Assembly (NCBI GenBank): GCA_964578395.1
Contig: CAZOCV010000001.1
Coordinates: 6,738 to 43,743, forward strand
Source of the DNA: an uncultured Pirellulales bacterium
GTDB lineage: Bacteria; Planctomycetota; Phycisphaerae; Sedimentisphaerales; SM23-30
Length of the DNA: 37,006 nt
Direction of reading: 5' to 3'
Part shown: piece after piece, positions 1 through 7,191 of the stretch
How positions within the stretch are numbered: position 1 is the stretch's first letter
Layout: each line of letters starts with the position of its first letter
Position numbers and translations under genes: made by a program
The notes under the pieces: generated by a model
Seen by the model: the letters and a program-made list of their open reading frames with translations, nothing else
The model's database searches: none
What the model was told of the DNA's origin: nothing

Positions 1-474
1 CGAAAACTGATTGAGCAATACCATCTTAATGCTGACGCCTCCATCCTTGACGTCGGCTGCGGCAAGGGATTTTTGCTATATGAATTTAAGAAGTTGCTGC
101 CTCAGGCGCGGGTGGCCGGTTTTGACGTATCGGCTTACGCGATTGAAAACGCCAAACCGGAAGTAAAACCATATCTATCCGTCGGCCGAGCCGAAGAGCC
201 TTTGAGCTACACGGATAACGAATTCGATGTGGTGGTTTCGCTGGGCACGCTGCACAATCTGGCCATCGACGGCCTGCAAACGGCGCTGCGGGAAATCCAG
301 CGTGTCGGCCGCAATGCCTATATCATGGTCGAAAGCTTTCGCCGTGAACAGGAGCTTTTCAATCTGCAATGCTGGGCCTTGACGTGTGAATCTTTCTACC
401 GGCCCGAAGGCTGGACGTGGCTGTTCGACCACTTTGGTTATCAGGGTGATTATGAATTCATCTACTTTGAATAA
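1..474 (+). CDS. class I SAM-dependent methyltransferase (5' end lies outside the window)
   Basis: Frame 1 is open from base 1 to TAA at 472-474. Bases 43-72 translate to ILDVGCGKGF, the glycine-rich SAM-binding motif I, and FDVVVSLGTLHNL follows at the usual spacing. The track start at 73 (TTG) sits right after motif I, so the real start is upstream of the window. Confidence 0.85.
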   Translation, partial: RKLIEQYHLNADASILDVGCGKGFLLYEFKKLLPQARVAGFDVSAYAIENAKPEVKPYLSVGRAEEPLSYTDNEFDVVVSLGTLHNLAIDGLQTALREIQRVGRNAYIMVESFRREQELFNLQCWALTCESFYRPEGWTWLFDHFGYQGDYEFIYFE

Positions 475-499
475 AACACCAACAATGCGAAACAGATTT

Positions 500-589
500 G
501 TCATTCTGAGCGCAGCGAAGAATCTCTCTTCTTCGAACATGCGAGACCTTTCGCGGAGTTTCTCCTTGAGCATAGCGAAGGACTCAAGG
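500..589. repeat. two related hairpin-forming intergenic repeat units (core TGAGCnnAGCGAAGrA)
   Basis: 507-522 (TGAGCGCAGCGAAGAA) and 567-582 (TGAGCATAGCGAAGGA) match at 13/16. There are perfect 7-bp hairpins at 516-535 (CGAAGAA/TTCTTCG) and 564-589 (CCTTGAG/CTCAAGG). The element lies between a stop codon (474) and the next start (614). Confidence 0.4.
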
Positions 590-598
590 TGATATAAT
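590..598 (+). promoter_or_regulatory. candidate extended -10 promoter element TGaTATAAT
   Basis: TGATATAAT is read directly at 590-598, 15 nt upstream of ATG 614 and 45 nt upstream of the alternative ATG 644. No convincing -35 was seen. Confidence 0.3.
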
Positions 599-613
599 AT
601 TTTACGTAACGCT

Positions 614-1693
614 ATGGGACACAAACGACAGTTATATACCCGCATGAAGGTTTTCCATTATCAGGAAAAACTTGATTCCCTGCCGCGCGCCGCGGACGCC
701 ATCCTGCCGCCGGTGCATGTGCGCGTCAAACCCACCAATGTCTGCAATCATCGCTGCAACTATTGCGCCTATCGCGCTGATAATCTGCAACTCGGGCGCG
801 ACATGAATCAGCGTGACAGTATCCCCCGCGAAAAGATGCTGGAAATTATCGACGATTTCGCGGCTATGGGCGTGCAGGCGGTAACGTTCAGCGGCGGCGG
901 CGAACCGTTCTGCTGGCCCCATCTGGCCGAAGCCGCGCAGCGTCTGAGCCAAACGCCGATTCGCTTCGCCGCCCTGACCAACGGCGCCCGCCTGACCGGC
1001 GATGCGGCCGAAGTATTTGCTCATCATGCCACCTGGCTGCGCATCAGCATCGACGGCTGGGACGACGCCAGCTATGCCCGCTATCGCAACGTGGCCGAAG
1101 GTGAATTTACCCGCGTGATAAATAATATGCGGGCCTTCAAACAATACGGCGGCAAATGTTATTTGGGCATAAGCCTGATCGTGGATGCGGCCAACGCCCC
1201 ACACGTCCATGATTTCATCGCCCGGCTGCGCGATATCGGCGTCGATAGCGTCAAGGTTTCCCCCTGTATTATCAGCAATGACGGGGCGGCGAACAATGCG
1301 TACCATGCGCCGTTTTTCGCGGAGGTGAAAACGCAAATCAGCCGCGCTATACAGCAGTTCGCCGGCGACGCCTTCGAGATTTTCGACGCCTACCACGAAC
1401 TCGATGATAAATTCGCCAAGGATTACACCTGGTGCCCCTACCTGCAAATCCTGCCGGTCATCGGCGCGGACCTGAACGTGTATTCGTGCCAGGATAAAGC
1501 CTACAATCTCGCCGAAGGCCTGCTTGGCTCCATTAAAGACCGACGTTTCCGCGATTTCTGGCTATCGGATAAAAATAAATTCTTCGCCATCAATCCGTCC
1601 GTGCATTGTAACCATCATTGCGTCGCCAATGAAAAAAACAAAATGGTCTTCGATTACCTCAACGCCGATCCGGAGCATCTGGCGTTTGTATAA
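614..1693 (+). CDS. radical SAM protein with Cys-rich SPASM/twitch-like C-terminal region
   Basis: CNHRCNYC (CxxxCxxC) follows VRVKPTNV near the N-terminus, and a GGGEPF glycine motif is present. The C-terminal cysteines (CPYL..YSCQD..HCNHHC) resemble an auxiliary Fe-S domain. There is an alternative in-frame ATG at 644. Confidence 0.85.
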   Translation: MGHKRQLYTRMKVFHYQEKLDSLPRAADAILPPVHVRVKPTNVCNHRCNYCAYRADNLQLGRDMNQRDSIPREKMLEIIDDFAAMGVQAVTFSGGGEPFCWPHLAEAAQRLSQTPIRFAALTNGARLTGDAAEVFAHHATWLRISIDGWDDASYARYRNVAEGEFTRVINNMRAFKQYGGKCYLGISLIVDAANAPHVHDFIARLRDIGVDSVKVSPCIISNDGAANNAYHAPFFAEVKTQISRAIQQFAGDAFEIFDAYHELDDKFAKDYTWCPYLQILPVIGADLNVYSCQDKAYNLAEGLLGSIKDRRFRDFWLSDKNKFFAINPSVHCNHHCVANEKNKMVFDYLNADPEHLAFV

Positions 1694-1722
1694 TCACGGG
1701 TTTCTACTTAGAATTTATTTGT

Positions 1723-1751
1723 CCGCAGATTACGCAGATTTGCGCAGATAA
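1723..1751. repeat. left inverted-repeat arm, three tandem CGCAGAT-containing units
   Basis: CCGCAGATTACGCAGATTTGCGCAGATAA is read directly. CGCAGAT occurs three times at about 10-nt spacing. Confidence 0.95.
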
Positions 1752-1768
1752 GACAAAAAGACATCATT

Positions 1769-2179
1769 ATGGCTTTAAAAAGAGACGAACAAACATATGC
1801 AATTATTGGGGCGGCGATGGAAGTGCATAATACTCTTGGTCGTGGTTTTCTGGAAGCGGTGTATCAGGAGGCGTTGGCGATTGAGTTTAAAAATAGAGAC
1901 ATTCCTTTTCAACGCGAAGTCCAACTGCCCGTCTATTACAAAACAGAGAAGCTGTCCACTATTTATAAAGCGGATTATGTCTGTTATCAAACAGTCATTG
2001 TCGAATTAAAAGCCCTCGACATCATAACCACAACCGAAGAATCTCAATTGATAAACTACCTGAAAGCTTCAGGTTTTCATCGAGGATTAATTATTAATTT
2101 CGGTTCGGTTAACCTTCAATATAAACGTCTGGTTCTAAACTTCGATAACGAACAATTACTCATAGATGAAAAAATATGA
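1769..2179 (+). CDS. GxxExxY family protein (PD-(D/E)XK nuclease fold)
   Basis: The 136-aa translation contains LGRGFLEAVYQEAL, the GxxExxY signature. A D...VELK-type core (ADYVCYQTVIVELKA) is typical of PD-(D/E)XK folds. The size and N-terminal pattern (YAIIGAAMEVHNTLG) fit the family. Confidence 0.85.
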   Translation: MALKRDEQTYAIIGAAMEVHNTLGRGFLEAVYQEALAIEFKNRDIPFQREVQLPVYYKTEKLSTIYKADYVCYQTVIVELKALDIITTTEESQLINYLKASGFHRGLIINFGSVNLQYKRLVLNFDNEQLLIDEKI

Positions 2180-2192
2180 AAATAATATGGTT

Positions 2193-2221
2193 TTATCTGC
2201 GTAAATCTGCGTAATCTGCGG
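2193..2221. repeat. right inverted-repeat arm, three tandem ATCTGCG-containing units
   Basis: TTATCTGCGTAAATCTGCGTAATCTGCGG is the reverse complement of the left arm except at one position (T2202 opposite G1742). Confidence 0.95.
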
Positions 2222-2236
2222 ATAAAGGCTTTAATC

Positions 2237-3349
2237 ATGCCCCCTGTAACAGAACAAATAAAAGTGCCTTATCTCGACCTGCGAGTTACCGATAATGAAC
2301 AGCGTCAGGCATTGCTTGATGCCGTAGCGCGAGTTTTTGATCACGGTCGGATGATTATGGGGCCGGAAGTAGCCCAGTGGGAAGCAGAACTTGCCCGCCG
2401 CTGCGGCCGGAAATTTGCTGTCGGCGTTAATTCGGGCACCGACGCTCTTTACATGGCCGGACGAATACTGGACCTGCACCCCGGCGATGAAGTCATCACC
2501 ACGGCTATGAGCTGGATAGGAACCGCTAACGGTATCGCCCTGACCGGCGCTACGATGGTGTTCGCCGATATCCGCGATGACCTGAACATCGACCCCGACA
2601 GCGTCGCCCGCCTGATTACGCCCCGCACCAAAGCTATTATGCCGGTTCATTACACCGGTAAAGTGTGCGATATGGATGCGTTACAAAAAATCGCTACAAA
2701 ACATAACCTGCCCATCATCGAAGACGCCGCTCAGGCGTTCGGCGCCGCATATCATGGACGGCCCTCTGGAAGTTTTGGCCGAATTGCCTGTCTAAGCATG
2801 AACGCCATGAAGGTTTTGGCGGCGTGCGGCGAGGCCGGAGCCGTACTCATCGACGACCCTTCCCTGCACGAACGACTTACGGCATTGCGCTATAATGGTA
2901 CGGTCAACCGGGAAACCTGCCTCGAACCCGGCCTTAATGCCCGCCTGGACACCCTACAGGCTGCGATTTTATTGGTACGGCTGCAATATTTCGACGAATT
3001 GGTGGAAAAACGACGGCTTATTGCCCAAAAATATGAAGAAAAACTCTCCGATTTGGTAAAAACGCCGCGCGAAGCGGAAAACTGCCGCGATGTCTGGTAC
3101 ACCTACACCATCCAGACCGACCGGCGGGATGCTCTTCGCGCTTATCTGACCGACAACGGCATCGAAACCAAAATTCACCACCCCATTCTCATGCCTGAAC
3201 AACCGGCATACCGTGATAACGCGCGGGGCGAATGGAAAAACGCCAGCCGAATACTGGGACGCATGTTATCAATACCCGCTCATGAAAAAATGACGCCGGA
3301 ACAGGTTGATTACGTCGCGGCCGCCATCAGGAAATTCTATGGAGCCTAA
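2237..3349 (+). CDS. DegT/DnrJ/EryC1/StrS family PLP-dependent sugar aminotransferase
   Basis: The 370-aa product carries family-typical strings: GPEVAQWEAELA, NSGTDALYMA, IIEDAAQAFGA, and SMNAMK with the candidate PLP lysine. It sits among glycan genes. Confidence 0.9.
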   Translation: MPPVTEQIKVPYLDLRVTDNEQRQALLDAVARVFDHGRMIMGPEVAQWEAELARRCGRKFAVGVNSGTDALYMAGRILDLHPGDEVITTAMSWIGTANGIALTGATMVFADIRDDLNIDPDSVARLITPRTKAIMPVHYTGKVCDMDALQKIATKHNLPIIEDAAQAFGAAYHGRPSGSFGRIACLSMNAMKVLAACGEAGAVLIDDPSLHERLTALRYNGTVNRETCLEPGLNARLDTLQAAILLVRLQYFDELVEKRRLIAQKYEEKLSDLVKTPREAENCRDVWYTYTIQTDRRDALRAYLTDNGIETKIHHPILMPEQPAYRDNARGEWKNASRILGRMLSIPAHEKMTPEQVDYVAAAIRKFYGA

Positions 3350-3845
3350 GCCAAAATCCACAACCTTTTATAATAACCAGGATATCATCGCGGTCGGCCC
3401 GGAAGATTTGGAAAAATTACGCCATGCCGCACGTCACGACCCCCTTGGCCGGGCGCGGCTATGCCTGCATCATCATGTCAACGACGCAGTCCATGAAATG
3501 GTAATTGCTTTTCAGAAAAGCAGTTACATTCATCCGCATCGCCATTTTCATAAAAGCGAATCCTTTCATCTTATCGAGGGCGAGTTGCTGGTGGTGTTTT
3601 TTGACGATGACGGAAAAGAAACCTCGCGTTTGCGGCTGGCGGAGCAGAGAAAAAACGGCCTATTTCTGTATCGGCTGGCGGCAAGCCGCTGGCATACGCT
3701 TATCCCCTTAAGTGAATGGGTAATTATCCACGAAACTACGCCCGGCCCATTCCGGCCGGAAGACACCGAAATGGCGAATTGGGCGCCTGCCGAAATTCAG
3801 GTTGAGACCGTTAAAGCCTTTATCTCAAAAATAATCAGGGCGTAA
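3339..3845 (+). CDS. wbuC: WbuC family cupin-fold metalloprotein
   Basis: RARLCLHHH..HEMVIAF..SYIHPHRH..ESFHLIEGEL..WHTL..HETTPGPF matches my memory of the WbuC cupin pattern. ATG 3339 has AGGA 8 nt upstream and overlaps the aminotransferase stop. The track start 3306 is an upstream in-frame alternative. Confidence 0.7.
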   Translation: MEPKPKSTTFYNNQDIIAVGPEDLEKLRHAARHDPLGRARLCLHHHVNDAVHEMVIAFQKSSYIHPHRHFHKSESFHLIEGELLVVFFDDDGKETSRLRLAEQRKNGLFLYRLAASRWHTLIPLSEWVIIHETTPGPFRPEDTEMANWAPAEIQVETVKAFISKIIRA

Positions 3846-4039
3846 AACACACCCTGGCATCGATAAAACCGTGGGCAGGATGCCATCGATACACACTTAA
3901 CGCTTTTTTGTGGAAAACATAGCCAATAATAACTTTAACTATATTAACAATAATAAGATACATCCGTCATCCAGACGAACTGACATAGGGATAAAATTAA
4001 AGCCTGCCCCGGCGAACGCCCGATAACTAGAAAAAGTGT

Positions 4040-6244
4040 ATGGACTCAACCACCATAAAAACACCGTCGCAGGCTGCACCGGATTTTGCGGCAATGTCGG
4101 CACAGATTGCCGGCCTGATAGCCCAGGCGCGCGGCCATGAGGCTGACGAGGTTCTGGCCGAAATTGAGCAGCGTGCCGCCGACCCCGCCCTACAATTACT
4201 GGCGGCGGCTACGCGACTTTTTCTTCGGGGACAATATCCGGCAGCAATTGATAAATTTCGTCAGGCCGGAGAGTTGCTTACCCCTAAATCCTATCCATCA
4301 TTAAACACCTTTTATTCACAGGCGTATCTCAAAGCCCAACTGGCTTTACCGCCCCAACAACGTCCGGCGGTCATTCAGGGCGAAAAAAATCTGCAAACCA
4401 ACCTTGATGCTTTGGCCGCCATTGACCCGCCCACAGCGGCCATCATCCAAGCCGCCAACTGGCCCAAAGATTTGCTTTTAGTACAATACTGGGAGGGACT
4501 CTGTTTGTTTTCCGTCACTCAGGGAAAGGTCTTCACCCTCGAACCCGATGTTGAAGAACAATTAACGCCGTTGTTTGGCAAACGCGAGCATTCGGCCTTT
4601 CGTTCGCCGCCGGCGTATCCGGCGCTATGCTATTTATTAGCACATCCGTATCAGGGAATTCACGGCATGGCGCGGGCGCACTATCTGGTGGAAGATAACC
4701 CTGAATACGTGAAGGCGTTTTTACATCTGCGTCATTTCGCCGAGCGTGTGCGGCGTCGCGAGTTGATTATTTTCACCGGGGGCCAGACGCGGCAAAATTG
4801 GGAGGAACACTTCCAAACGCTACGTTATGTACCGCCGTTAACGCATTTGGACAGCACCGGCAAACTGGCCGGCGTTATCGCCGACACTCATAAGCTGTTC
4901 ATCATCGAGACTGTTCAGCAACAGGTTCAGGAGTATTATGCGTCGGCGGAATTTCGCCGCCGGCGTGAAGATATTATCGCCGGCCGCCTCCAGCCGCGCA
5001 TCCTTATCGAAACCAGCCGCTGGACAACCTTTTTGCAGTACAGTTCGGCGGATTTTCAGCGCGCCTTCGAAGCCCTGGGCTGCGAAACCCGGCTCATCAA
5101 GGAAGAAAACGACGCCCAAACCCTGACGCTGCCGTTTCGACTGCAAACGCTGGCGGATTTCCAGCCGGACGCCCTTTTTCTCGTCAGCCACGCCCGGCCG
5201 ACAGTCCCCTTTTATCCGCGTCAATTATCCATTATTTCGCACATTCAGGACAAATGCGGCCCGTTGTTGGGATATAATGATCTTCGGGATCACATTACGA
5301 ACACAGACATGCTTGCCTGCGTATCCCGTGAACATCAGCGTTTTATACTTCATAAAAACGTCCCTCTAAACCAAACGCTCATTATGCCGATTCCGGCCGA
5401 TGAAAAACATTTTTACCCTCTACCGGCGGATCATCCGCTGGCCGGCCGGTTTTCGGCCGATATTAGTTTCGTCAAACACGCTGACGGCGAAAAACAACAG
5501 GTTTTCGAGCAATTTCTCGCACATCATCTGCCTCCGGCCCAGCCGCATCTGCATAAAGCGCTCGTGGAAGCATATACGACCTTGTATCAAGAAACCTGCC
5601 AATCGGATGAACGCCGTCACTATGAAGATGAAATGCATCAGTTTATTACCACACGCCTGAAACCCTATATCAGTTCCGAATCACTGGTGCAGATGGAACA
5701 AATAACTCACTTTTTTTTCCTGAAAGTATTTAGCGCTGCCTGGCGCTGCTGCTTTCTTGAGGCGCTGGACCAGGCCGGGCTTACACCGGCGCTATACGGT
5801 AATGACTGGGACAAACATCCGCGTCTGAAGCACGCCGCCCGCGGTCCGGCGGCTTTCGGTGCAGAACTCAACGCCGTGTATAATTTCAGCCGCATCAACC
5901 TGCATATCAACCAGGCCGGAACCATGCACACCCGGCTGGCCGAATGCGGTCTGGCGGGCGGATTTATCATGGCGGCCGACCATCCCCGCGAGCGAGACTG
6001 GTCGCCGGCGCGCGACTTTTTCGAGCAGGACCGCGAAATCGTCTTTTTTGATTCGCGTCAGGACCTGATCGACAAATGCCGCTATTACCTCGCCCATGAA
6101 AATGAACGGCATGACATCGCTCAGCGTCTGAGGGAGCACTGCCGGCGCGAACGCACCTATATCGTCGCCGCGAAATCCATCCTTGACGCCTGGCGCACAC
6201 AACTGAGCCGTTTTCAGCAATGCGCCTCCGGAGATAATCAATGA
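4040..6244 (+). CDS. large soluble protein with C-terminal CgeB-like glycosyltransferase domain (Glyco_trans_1_2/DUF3880 type); N-terminal ~550 aa unassigned
   Basis: The 734-aa product has no TM helix. Its C-terminal region (NFSRINLHINQ..RLAECGLAGGFIM..EIVFFDSRQDLIDKCRYYLAHENERHDIAQ) resembles CgeB-type GT tails. A TPR-like helix pair lies near residues 50-80. It is the first gene after a 194-bp AT-rich gap. Confidence 0.6.
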   Translation: MDSTTIKTPSQAAPDFAAMSAQIAGLIAQARGHEADEVLAEIEQRAADPALQLLAAATRLFLRGQYPAAIDKFRQAGELLTPKSYPSLNTFYSQAYLKAQLALPPQQRPAVIQGEKNLQTNLDALAAIDPPTAAIIQAANWPKDLLLVQYWEGLCLFSVTQGKVFTLEPDVEEQLTPLFGKREHSAFRSPPAYPALCYLLAHPYQGIHGMARAHYLVEDNPEYVKAFLHLRHFAERVRRRELIIFTGGQTRQNWEEHFQTLRYVPPLTHLDSTGKLAGVIADTHKLFIIETVQQQVQEYYASAEFRRRREDIIAGRLQPRILIETSRWTTFLQYSSADFQRAFEALGCETRLIKEENDAQTLTLPFRLQTLADFQPDALFLVSHARPTVPFYPRQLSIISHIQDKCGPLLGYNDLRDHITNTDMLACVSREHQRFILHKNVPLNQTLIMPIPADEKHFYPLPADHPLAGRFSADISFVKHADGEKQQVFEQFLAHHLPPAQPHLHKALVEAYTTLYQETCQSDERRHYEDEMHQFITTRLKPYISSESLVQMEQITHFFFLKVFSAAWRCCFLEALDQAGLTPALYGNDWDKHPRLKHAARGPAAFGAELNAVYNFSRINLHINQAGTMHTRLAECGLAGGFIMAADHPRERDWSPARDFFEQDREIVFFDSRQDLIDKCRYYLAHENERHDIAQRLREHCRRERTYIVAAKSILDAWRTQLSRFQQCASGDNQ

Positions 6245-7176
6245 CTCAAACCGCCATCAAAACGGCGCCGCCCGCAAAAATCACCGTATTCCCGCCCTAT
6301 TTACAGATTGAAACCGTCGCCCTCTGCAACGCCCGCTGCACCATGTGCACCTCGCGCAACTGCCGACGGGAAACGCGGCTGATGACCGATGAACTTTTTG
6401 CTAAAATCGTCGGCGAACTGGCCCCTCATAGCAACGGCATAAAACGCATCACCATACAGGGCCTGGGAGAGCCTTTACTCGACAAACAACTTGAAACGCG
6501 GATCCGCATGCTCAAAGACGCCGGTGCCGCTTTGGTCGCTTTCGCCACCAACGGTTCTTTAATGAATGCCAAAAGAGCGGCTGCGATACTGGATTGCGGA
6601 GTTGACGAGGTCACTTTTTCCGTGGACGGCATTACCCGGGAAACGTATGAAGGCATACGCATCGGCCTCAAATTTGATGAAGTGATGGCGAATATCGAAC
6701 AATTCGTTCACCTGCGCAACCGGATTAAAGCAAAAACCGTTATCCGTATCCGCTGGACGGCTCAGCAAGCCAACCACGATGAACTGCAGGGATTCAACCG
6801 CTTCTGGAATAAACGCCTTGGCCCCGGAGATACGGCTTACGCCAAAATCATTCACACCTGGGGCAACACCGCCGAATATGACGAGTTGCCTGATAATTAT
6901 GATTTTGAACGGCTTAACCGACAGCCGTGTCCTTCGCTGTGGACGTCGCTTATTATTTTTTCAGACGGACAAATACCCTTATGCTGCAGCGACTTCAACG
7001 CCCGCATCTGCCTGGGCGACGTCAAGCGCCAGACCATCACCGACGTCTGGAACAGCCCGATTTTGGCGCGGATACGGGAAAAACATCTCACCGCCGGCCG
7101 GGGCACCATGGCGATGTGCGCCAACTGCGTCGTCTGGGATGATGAAGCGAAAATCGACGCGCACTCAGATAAATAA
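6241..7176 (+). CDS. radical SAM/SPASM domain protein
   Basis: CNARCTMC (CxxxCxxC) lies at about residue 29, and GLGEPLL is present. The C-terminal Cys-rich block (CPSLW..PLCCSDF..CANC) is typical of SPASM. There is an ATGA overlap with the upstream stop. Confidence 0.85.
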   Translation: MTQTAIKTAPPAKITVFPPYLQIETVALCNARCTMCTSRNCRRETRLMTDELFAKIVGELAPHSNGIKRITIQGLGEPLLDKQLETRIRMLKDAGAALVAFATNGSLMNAKRAAAILDCGVDEVTFSVDGITRETYEGIRIGLKFDEVMANIEQFVHLRNRIKAKTVIRIRWTAQQANHDELQGFNRFWNKRLGPGDTAYAKIIHTWGNTAEYDELPDNYDFERLNRQPCPSLWTSLIIFSDGQIPLCCSDFNARICLGDVKRQTITDVWNSPILARIREKHLTAGRGTMAMCANCVVWDDEAKIDAHSDK

Positions 7177-7191
7177 ATAAACCATCAAAAA

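Larger units (their letters stand above)
1718..2226 (+). mobile_element. inverted-repeat-bounded single-gene cassette carrying a GxxExxY ORF (candidate insertion/IVS-like module)
   Basis: The 29-nt arms at 1723-1751 and 2193-2221 are reverse complements at 28/29 positions, and pairing extends to 1718/2226. The interior looks AT-richer than the flanking genes. The cassette sits in what would otherwise be a short operon junction (stop 1693, next start 2237). No transposase is present. Confidence 0.4.

Noticed and set aside
175-645. 156-aa minus-strand ORF spanning the methyltransferase 3' end and the intergenic repeat region.
   Set aside because: It overlaps a motif-supported plus-strand gene and simply reads through the hairpin repeat (giving the FAALRMT string). 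It has no RBS and no recognisable fold.
3846-4039. The AT-rich gap was searched for a RiPP-type precursor peptide or small ORF ahead of the radical SAM genes.
   Set aside because: There is no ATG/GTG-initiated ORF with an RBS and plausible length. The region looks like a promoter/UTR, with a weak 7-bp hairpin TGGCATC/GATGCCA at about 3854-3887.
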